DNA of 64,000 nt from Tubulanus polymorphus (taxonomy: Eukaryota > Animalia > Nemertea). Both the position numbers and the translations under genes were made by a program. The notes under the pieces are model-generated. The model saw only the letters and a program-made list of their open reading frames with translations. It did no database searches and had not been told where the DNA came from. Shown here one piece after another: positions 48,665-58,500 of this stretch. Every line of letters begins with the position of its first letter. The first letter of the stretch is position 1. The DNA is taken from assembly GCF_964204645.1 (NCBI RefSeq), contig NC_134025.1, forward strand, positions 12,090,001 through 12,154,000. The letters run 5' to 3'.

Positions 48665-49135
48665 TAAATAGTCCGATAGTTTATTGTGGTTTTTTTCTCG
48701 GGTAGATGTTGATGTAGAAGTCCTCTAAGTTGATTGTCCCGCGTGTTGACTAGATAGAAAGGAAGCACATTTCGAAACGCAAATTTTCCAGATGAGAGTA
48801 TGGTCCTTGGGTATCCGAAGTGTAGTTTATGACATCGACGGTGCAGCTCCGATGAGGATGGGTTTCTCCGTCAAGGGGAGCGCAATCGGTACTTCACATC
48901 TGGTGCTGAGTTTGCCTAAAAGGAAAAGTTTTTACACGGGAGCAGTTTTGTGTTTCTAATATACAGTGCATAGGTAGGTCTGTGGATGCGTCGCAATCAA
49001 ACGGACAGTGCTATGCGCATTGATCGACCGTCAGTAAGAAAGTGGCACAGGCACGTGAATATTGAATACATATTTGTGCACTTACGAATATACTGTCTTC
49101 ATCGGGTTTTATTTACATTGTCACGATGCTTTTTT

Positions 49136-49586
49136 CATTTACTATTTGTCGAGGAGGGAGGCCAATTTGCTTAACTGTGTGTGGTAAGTGTTATGCCATT
49201 CAGTACAGAGGTAGTCATCATCAGCTGTGTGACTTCTCGTTCACTCGAGATCCCAGATCCGGTTTTACACTTTGAATACTCAAGTGCCATCTATCTGATT
49301 TAGCATTTACTATTCTATTACTATTCTACTGGACATAGGTCAGTTTCTTAAATATTCTGGCTGTTTCATGTAATAGTTTTCTTGCTGTATATTGTAATCA
49401 GCTAGTGACATCTATGTCATTTTGTTCATCAGATAGAACTTGTATACACAAATATTTCTCTTTGATCATTGGCTAATATTTCTCAGTATTCATACATAGG
49501 CTATAGTTAAAATCCATGCACTTCCATTTACTATTTGTCGAGGAGGGAGGCCAATTTGCTTAACTGTGTGTGGTAAGTGTTATGCC
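49136..49586 (+). repeat. Exact 62-bp direct repeat (49136-49197 and 49525-49586)
   Basis: catttactatttgtcgaggagggagg..gtggtaagtgttatgcc occurs twice, 389 bp apart. Confidence 0.9.
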
Positions 49587-50095
49587 CTTCTTTCTCATTT
49601 TCTCGTACTTTAATATCAAATTAATAAAGATAGAGAGGAATATTGGTACATATATTTCTGGCTTAAATGATTTAATTGTCACTATTAATTATTTAGCTTG
49701 TTGTTCTTATTTTCTCTGTGAATAGCAAAGTTGAGTCTTTTGTACTCGAGTGAATTAAATAGTAAGTAGTATAAATGCGAGGTGTGTCATCGTTCGAGTT
49801 ATTGATTGCCCACGTTACGTTATTTAGGATCGCGAAGGCCCCAGGGACCTGAGGCCAGACCGTGAAGGAGATGGCAGTAAACTGATAATAGTGCCCTTTC
49901 TATTTCACCTTGAGATAATTCTGAGACTAGCGATGGACAGGAATCCGAAAGTATGCGTTCTTTGCGTAGGGCTATTGAGGTGCCCCCCCCATTGCCCTGG
50001 ATTGAGACCTCCGATGGCTTCTTTTGGTGTCGTCATCTTGAACTTTGGACATTTGTTTATTGCAGACAGTTCTATACCACCATCGTGAAGTCATC

Positions 50096-50217
50096 AGTAA
50101 TAGGGGTAATAGGGGTTCATACCAAAGGTCGAAGGGTCGAAAAAAAATTCTCGCACACTCGAATTTATTTTTCGACCCCTCAACCTTTGTTATGAACCCC
50201 TTATTACCCCTATTACT
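50096..50217. repeat. ~120-bp near-perfect hairpin/palindrome
   Basis: ~55-bp arms agtaataggggtaat..gtcgaaaaa.aaattc / gaattt..ttattacccctattact around a 10-nt loop tcgcacactc. Confidence 0.92.
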
Positions 50218-50538
50218 CTTAAAATATTCATGTATATGAATATGAATAACTTCTAAAATCAATTTTAATAAAAAATTTCGATATTAAAATGGAAGCAAAT
50301 AAGAAGTACTACTGTCCAGCATAATAATCTAGAAAAATAAGATCAAATATAGATTTCGAATGATAAAAAATCAATTTTCAATATAAAAAGTGTGAGTAAA
50401 GTGTGAGTGAAATGATTCATATTTAAAACAGTGAATATTTATATTTATATGCGTTAAATTCTTATTTTCAATATAAAAAGTAACGAGTAATTAACGAGTT
50501 GAAGAAAATATCAATTTTAATAAAGAAATGACTAATAA

Positions 50539-51152
50539 ATGAATGAACAGATACTACAGTTCAAAGATATCGATTGAGATGAATTAGAAAAATATTTTAC
50601 AATTAGAAATTTTATTCCTATTAAAGATTTGATTAAAACTGCACGTTTCCGTTTTCAAGTAAAAGATATTACTGAATTAATATTTAAAAATCATTATCTA
50701 ACAATAGAGTTATCGAATGATAAAGATAAAATCTTATTCAATACAATAATTCCAAAATTCACAACATTTGAAGAAATAGATCAACATTTAATGATTACAG
50801 ATGAAATGCAATCACTTTTTAATGATGAAAATTCACATAAAACACTATTTTTACACTTACGTTATTGCCCTTTCAGAGAATGTTATGTAATGTTTTTCAG
50901 AGCAGAAGAAAAAGATATATCCCTGACATTCCAAATGAAGATGTGGGAATTCAAAGTGAATCAGTTAATGATAAATCATATAAAGATGTTGCAGTTCAAT
51001 GTAATTTAGATGATGAATTTAGAAAATTCAATCCTAATGAGAAAGTGTATTGTTATTGCGGAGGTAAATATTTAAAATCACATAAATCAAAGCATTATCA
51101 GACAATTAAACATACCAATTATGAAAAGAATAATAAATATATATTGAAATAA
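50539..51152 (+). pseudogene. Virus-like hypothetical protein with C-terminal CxC..H..H zinc-finger-like motif (one in-frame TGA, probable frameshift)
   Basis: ATG 50539 is in frame with ORF 50629-51009 apart from TGA at 50575. The overlapping frame ends EKVYCYCGGKYLKSHKSKHYQTIKH. Confidence 0.5.
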
Positions 51153-51274
51153 GATTAAGCTGTATGAGTAATTGGAAAATTTCAAATATCATTACTCAAA
51201 ATAATAATTCAACTCTAAATATTCAAAATAAGATATTTCAAATTACTTTTAATTTAATTTTTAATTTTTCTTAA

Positions 51275-51487
51275 ATGGATGGTTTCAGCATTCCTATTGG
51301 AAAAAGTGATTTGAAACATTATTTAGTTGCTGGAGGTTTAATATTGGCTGCACTTTACTTTTACTATGAAAATATCAGTGAGGATCTAATGAATAAAAAT
51401 ATAAAATTGAGTAAAAAGTTAAAGAAGTTAAATGGAAATAAGAAAAATCATAAAAAATTTAACGATTTAAAAGAATTAGAGGATTAA
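51275..51487 (+). CDS. Small hypothetical protein: TM helix plus Lys-rich tail (virus-like island)
   Basis: taaATG start; YLVAGGLILAALYFYY hydrophobic stretch; intronless. Confidence 0.4.
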   Translation: MDGFSIPIGKSDLKHYLVAGGLILAALYFYYENISEDLMNKNIKLSKKLKKLNGNKKNHKKFNDLKELED

Positions 51488-51534
51488 AACAACATCTTTT
51501 AATCTAATTTATTTCATCTATTTTAACTATAAAA

Positions 51535-51777
51535 ATGAGTGAGAGTAAGGTATTAGAAATATTACACCTTATTTATAAAAATCAACAGAATATTAAATCA
51601 ATTATTATGCTTACAGGATTAGTTTCATTTTCATTTTATAGTATAAAACAGTTGTTAGAATTCTATGATAACTGTAAAATTAGGTATACAGAATTAAAAG
51701 AAAACATGAATTATTTATCATATAGAATTGATTATATTAAGTCTTGTGAAATAAGTCTTGTGAAGTCTTTTTTGTAA
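51535..51777 (+). CDS. Small hypothetical protein: TM helix plus helical tail (virus-like island)
   Basis: aaaaATG start; IIMLTGLVSFSFYSI hydrophobic stretch; starts 47 bp after the previous ORF. Confidence 0.4.
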   Translation: MSESKVLEILHLIYKNQQNIKSIIMLTGLVSFSFYSIKQLLEFYDNCKIRYTELKENMNYLSYRIDYIKSCEISLVKSFL

Positions 51778-52909
51778 TAAAAGATATAAAAATGAAAAGA
51801 GTTTGAGAAATCATAGATATATTCACGAATTAAATGATAGGTTACATAATTCAAATAAAAATCTTTAAATCTTTAATATATATATATATAAAATATGATA
51901 ATATACAGACGAGAAGATATTTCCATGTAGAAATTACCGACGACACTATATAAATTCGTTTTATTCACCATACTGATGTCACTGGTGGCATAGTATTTAT
52001 ACTAAACCTCTTAACGGTAGCATAAAAAAGTATAAATATATAAGTACTAAAATAGTATTGATAATCCCCCAGTGACATCATGACAACCATTGGAAATGCA
52101 CAATGCAGGGTATAAATGCACGCATACTGGGTACGTGATTCGCTTTTCTCATAAAAAAAAATACGTGAAAATTGTATGTATCCAAATTTCGAGAAATCTT
52201 GACCCAAATTGTTTTTCACTGACTTTTTGAAGGGGACTTTGAAAGTTGTAGGGAGTTCGTTCGCTACCGTCGATCGCTGATTCAAAGCTTATACCGTCAT
52301 CATCTTTACCTTTTTACTTAGATGAACCAGAAACGTGTGAATCAAAAGAGCATATGAAAAGATATATTTGATTTACTAACATATTTATTACAATATTTGC
52401 ATAATATTTTATTTTTATCAACAATTTGACTTTATTTTTTCCTCCATTTATATAGAAAAAAATTACCCAATACATTCTACCCAACATTTTTACCCCAAAA
52501 CCTACCTAGCCTCATACTTCATACTTCTGGTATGAAACCCCCAACTTTCATATACTCCAGAGGCTTCGAAATGCAACCATAAAAAAATTTTCCCGAGAAG
52601 AAAACAGGCGCCGGGTATGAGCCGGGTCAATGTCGCTTCCGTCGGCCCTGTATAGGCTTCAAGTTCCTTTATATACAATATAATTATATACATGTATAAT
52701 TCTATTTTTCAATTTTGAATTATAATAATCGTACAAAGTATACAAATAAAAAAAAAATTCAAGATGGAGGAAAACATGAAGAAACCTGTTAAGGTTTATA
52801 TGATGTTCATGCCCCCCTCGTACACCCAATCACACTCTCTTTCACACCACATTCACACAGAAAATATTTAAGTGCCAGATGGCAGAGACTGGCAAAGTTA
52901 TCGAAACAT

Positions 52910-53430
52910 TAATTAAGGAGATACTGTTTGAGAGCACATTTAAAAACTGGAGGGGGATACTGATCCAATGATTTTCAGTGAGTGAGGCAAGTTATTCCAA
53001 GGTAAAGGGGCTGATACTTTTACTGAAAATTTCTTTCGATTGGTTCTAAATTGTTCTACTTTGAATGCATGGCGGTTTCGAGTATGATGATGGTGAAAGT
53101 CAGAATTTAATGAAAATTAATCTGAAAACGAGTTTGGCAGTAGTGAATTTTTAAATTTAAATATGAAAGAGCACAACTGAAATTTCGTGATTGCTCGAAA
53201 AGTAAGGATACCTAAGTTTTTGAAGATGGGGGCTGTATGATCTAAGAAGGCAGCCTTTAATATTACCCTGATCGCACGCTTTTGAAGTAGAATTATCGGC
53301 CTGATTCTCGATTCGTAGTTATCCGTAGACCAATTTCATGCTCGAATTGAACATATATGTTTATGTTTTATACCGATAATTCTCTAAAATTCAATCAACA
53401 AGTTCAATAGCCAATTTGTCGCTATAAAAA
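52910..53430 (-). mobile_element. Degraded L2/CR1-group LINE ORF2 3' fragment
   Basis: LQKRAIRVILKAAFLDHTAPIFKKL ... RTNRKKFSVKVSAPLPWNNLPHSLK with stops and frameshifts. Confidence 0.8.
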
Positions 53431-54019
53431 CTCTGCAAAGAAACGTTATTTAGTATGGTGGTTCAAAAAAGATGGCACCATTTTTTCTGACGTACAGCTT
53501 TGCAGTATATCCTGGTCTATAGTCTAAACTCTGATTGCTGCTAGAATTCACCGAGGTAAAATATTTCTCGATGTTTTAGTTAGCAGTAGGAATCATGAAA
53601 CCAAGTTCAGTAAAATACCACTTTACAGCAAGAATTATTGTTTGGTTACAGTTATTACTTACACGATACTTCTGTTTTGTATTTCGTATTCGCTATCTAT
53701 TATTAGCGGTAACATAGCGATTTTACTTCAGTAGTTAGTGTTTATCTCAGTGATTTTTGCACACTGATAGCTATCTACTTGAACTGAAGCAACAGCTATT
53801 CAGTAATGTGGCTCCCAATAAACCCCGAAAACAGATATCAGGTAATCCAGGGACGCCGCCACCAATTTTGGCCCACCGTAAACGTTTTTTGAATAGTTTT
53901 AATCGTGCATTTATATCATCTACAGTTCCTTGCTTGATAAACTTCATCTACATATCATTTTGGAAATTAAATGCAAATCTTTGCTGGTGATTCTCCGGTT
54001 TTTCGAATGCAACAATTAA

Positions 54020-54985
54020 ATGGGAAACCCACAACACCAGCCATCCCACCAGATGGCGTGACGAGCAACATGTCTTCCGATGTCAAAATTAGTTCATTTT
54101 CAGTGAACTTTGAACTGGATTTCTCGATTCCTGAATCCATATATTATCAGCACCCATCAAATATACAATAGATTCATTTTTTTACTCAGATATCGGTATA
54201 GTTCTCATAAATTATCGATTCATTTAAGGGAAAAGTTCATTCAGTTTTAGTTGATATGTTAGAAGAATCAAACACAGAAGACCGACTATCTACTAGCGAC
54301 ACCTAGCGGATCCTCGACTGCCATACGTGGAACCCTCGATTGTCACACGAGCGGTGCGGGTACCCCCATCGAGAGCAGGGACGATGTGAAACCAAGGACT
54401 GCGGTATTTTTACCGCATGTCAAGAAATTCAATTCATCTTGAAATATTTTAGAATCCATAAAACCTATATTCCCAATTTCCCAGAGGCTAAAGACCATTT
54501 CGGTTTGCGTTCGAATTTTTTGAATATCTTTCCCGACAACCGCTTGCGATTACGTGCCAGAGGTTCATGGCCAACGAATCAAAACATTTGAACTACTAGC
54601 CTAATAAAAACTCGTGGTCTCCACGGTTTTTTCGCCAGTGTTGTGATGGGGTACCCGCAAAACCAGCTATCCCGTTAGATGGCGCGACGAGCAGTAGGTT
54701 GCTCGTTTTCAAAATTAGTTCATTTTCAATGAACCTTGAACTGGATTTTTAGACCCCTGAATCCATAGGACTTACCAAATATGATATTCTTTCATTCTTC
54801 TTATCAGATATCGATATAGTTTTCATAGATAATTGATTCATTTAAGAGAAAAATTCATTCAGATTTAATTGAAATGTAGAAGGAAATCGAACGCGGATGA
54901 CCATCCCACTAGCGAACCTGGCGGATCCTCGCCTGCCATGAGTGGAATCATCGATCGCCACAATAGCACTGCGGGTACCCCCATT
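54020..54985 (+). repeat. Two diverged tandem copies of a ~340-bp TIR element (54020-54370 and 54646-54985)
   Basis: Shared caaaattagttcattttca..tgaactggattt, gattcatttaag and gcggatcctcg; ends atggggtacccgca / tgcgggtaccccat. Confidence 0.8.
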
Positions 54986-55589
54986 GTGCAGTAGCGACAA
55001 CCAAAATAACTATCATCTCATTGTATCTTTGTTGATTTATTTATAGATTTTAGAACACAATTAGATTAAAGTTTCCTGCTTGCAAAAGCCTTTTTGATTA
55101 TAATTGACTGGCAGATGCCATCATCAATGAATCAGGATATTGCAAACGACCTAGAAAATTTCACTAAGTAAGCATCTCTGTTGTGGTACGAACTGGTTTA
55201 CCCACATATATAATGGGCCAGTTGAGTCTTTGAGGTGTCGAATGCAAGAAGAAAAGCAGCGCGCCAGAACCTTGGAGTTATCAAATGAATGTTTTACTCG
55301 CGGTTTTTCAGGTGCCGTGCGAGAATCGACTTGATTCATGGATAGTTATTCGCCTAGGTACCAACCAGATGTAAACAGAACAATTATTATTTTATCTGGG
55401 ATAGTGTCTGGTGTAGGCCTCTGGTATCGCGCAGGACTAAACTACCGCAAAAAAAGTTCTTCTCGCGCAATTTCTTTATGATCTCTACTACAGTTCTCGA
55501 TATCAGTATTTTCTATTAGAATTTCAGTGTTTAGCGAAAGAACCGGCGGTGTATACAAGGAGCTCGGGTTCTGTTCATAGTTTCACCTC

Positions 55590-58500
55590 ATGATGGCGGC
55601 CAATTTCGATCAGATCTTGGTTGAAATTCGAGAGTTTGGCTTGTATCAGAAGATATTCTACGTATTAGTCGGACTAGTCGGCATTCCTGTTGGATTACAA
55701 ACTTTGGCCGTAGTATTTCTAACCGCCGAACTTGACCACTGGTGCCATATACCCGAGTTCACCAACTTGAGCTCGTCAGTCGGATTGAAGGAACGTCTCA
55801 AACAAAGCATACCAAAAGAAACTCTGCAAGGTGTTAAGCGATACAGCCAATGCAAACAGTTTGTCCGGAATTATAGCGCCGCAACCGATTTCAGTAACCC
55901 GGTTGACGAAAACCACACGTTGGTGGCTGGGTGTAGTAACGGCTGGGAACACGACACGAGCGTTATATCATCTACTATTGGATCAGAGGTAGGTCACTGG
56001 AACTAATAATGTGATGGGTTTATGATGCGTTGAACGGCTGAATATGGCACGGGTAATTTTCTCTTCATACGACATTTTTGTTCTAATTTCTTTGTGGATT
56101 TAAGTGGAATCTCGTCTGCTCGAGACAATGGCTACTTCCGATGTCGCAGACGATTTATATGATTGGTTACATGTTAGGCGCCGTTGTATTTGGAAGCATA
56201 TCAGACAGGTGATATATTCGATGAATCTCTACTTATTCCATCTTTAAGAAAGAGGGAACTAGCCACCATACGCATACTGTAGGTATTCTTTTCAAAGAGA
56301 ATTAATTCTCAAAACGTTTGGTTACAGATACGGTCGACACAAAACAATAGTAGGATGTTTAATGGCAATGACTTTGACAGGAACAGTTTCAAGCTTTGCT
56401 CCCGAGTATTGGAGCTTTGTTGCATTGAGAATGCTAACTGGTGCCAATGTCGCTGGAGCAATCATAACGGCCTTCGTGATGGGTTAGTTCCTATAAAAAA
56501 GCTTTTATAGCTGGACATACCTAAAAATGCCAGTAAAACACAACATCAACAGTTCTATTTAGAATACAAATTCTTTTTTTTACAATTTAAGATATATTCT
56601 AAAATACGTTTTATATTCTTATGTAGCAATGGAGATGATCGGCCCTAGTGCCCGCACAACCACTGGGATATTATATCAAGGTTGGTTTGCACTGGGCTTT
56701 ATGCTGTTGCCTGGAATCGCTTATTTCATCAGGGATTATGACTATCTACTACTGGTTTCATCATCACCAAATATCATTTTTCTTTCATACTACTGGTGCG
56801 CAGAACTTCTCTGAAAACTGAATCTAAAATCAATCTAAATCAAATCTCATTTTACTAATTCGTTATGGTTTTTAGGATACTACCGGAATCTCCGCGATGG
56901 TTGCTATCGAATGGTCGAGAAGCGGAGGCGGAGAATATCATCCTGAAAGTGGCGAAAATGAACGGAGTTGAATATACGCCGTATCTAACAGTGGCAGGCG
57001 AGCTGGACTGTGTGAAGTCACACCATATAAATAACCACGATGACGTCACAAATGACGAGGTAAAATGAATAGTTTTATGTAACGTTTAAAACAATGCGCG
57101 ATTTCGGGAAAATTTCTAAATGAATAGCGCTTTATTACACAATTTGGTTTTTTTTTAAATAGAAAGTATATGCAGCCATTTGCCACTGAAAAATTAGCTC
57201 TCTGTTAATAGGGATCCTGCAAGTTGAACGATACAAATGCTGAATTGATACGACATCTTAGGAAATAAATTGTTTCAACGATGATTGAAGATTTGAAAAT
57301 TTGACAAATTTGAAATGACAATCATTGTCCTTTGTTGTCCAGTTGTGTTCGAAACTCGACGGAAATGAAACAGTTGCAGCACCACCTATAAGCGCAAAAT
57401 ACACCGTATTGGACCTGGTTCGGACCCCAAACATGCGCAAGAAAACGCTCAATATCTGCTTTAATTGGTGAGTTTTCACAATACCGTCACAAAATATGCT
57501 TCCCTGTGTCATTGATAGATATCGTGGCCCTCCTGATTGCAGTGTTCATTTGATGGGTTACTACAGCTTGCGTATCCACCTTCTATCTATTTGTGTGTTT
57601 GCTCTTTACAAATCCACCACCACTCTACCGGGAAAGGAAACAGCGAGAGCTTGGGTCAGAAATCGGAAATTGAGGGACACAGAAGATCGAATTATTTCAA
57701 AAACGGGTTTTTTTACTCTGAAATTTCGGTTCCGGTTTGGGTGAATAACCTTCCAGTCTGAACCGGCAAGTGACTCTAAAGGAATATGCTCTAAACCATC
57801 AATCAACGGCTTTAGTCAGAAGTGGCTGAAGGTTAAGAACTTTACAGTGCCATTAGAAAAAATTTTCGTCGCTTTTCCTCGTGGGATATACGGAGCCGAT
57901 TTTAACCAATTCCTCCTGTCTGATCTGGCTTAGTAATAACTGCGTTACAGATTTTGGGTATAAATAACACAAATCATGTTTTATTTTAAACCCTATCTAC
58001 CTATATCCGATAGAAAAAAGATTACTAACTAATGGATACGTCGCTATGTTTATGCCCATGTAAACTCTCGTCAAAAGAAATTAATGAACAACAGCCGCCA
58101 GGGATAAAAAAGGTTTAAGAAAAACATAGCCCATCTACGCTAGTTCTGAAACTTTGCCAGCTATGAATCATTTGACGATGTCAGAGAAGCTTGGTATTTC
58201 AGGGTCAAGGTCAATATTTAGATGATTGATGCCTGTAATAAAGAAGTTTCCAGTTTCTAGGGGCCATTTTGTGGTTAATTTCAGTCTGTCGGTCACAATA
58301 AACAATCTACGTATGTCACATAATGCAGTTTACAGACATCTTAAGAAATTCAACCTTGTGTTTGGTATAGCTTACATATCCTACTGTACACTAGCAACAC
58401 CTCACTTGCCACACAATGGCGCCTAGAAACTGGAAACTTCTTTAGTCATCAAGTTTGTGGGATAGGGCGACTATGTCTGAAACAGTCAGTTGTTTTATAT

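Noticed and set aside
50575-50577. In-frame TGA as selenocysteine or an alternative genetic code
   Set aside because: Single instance, no SECIS seen and a nearby frameshift; simple decay is more parsimonious.
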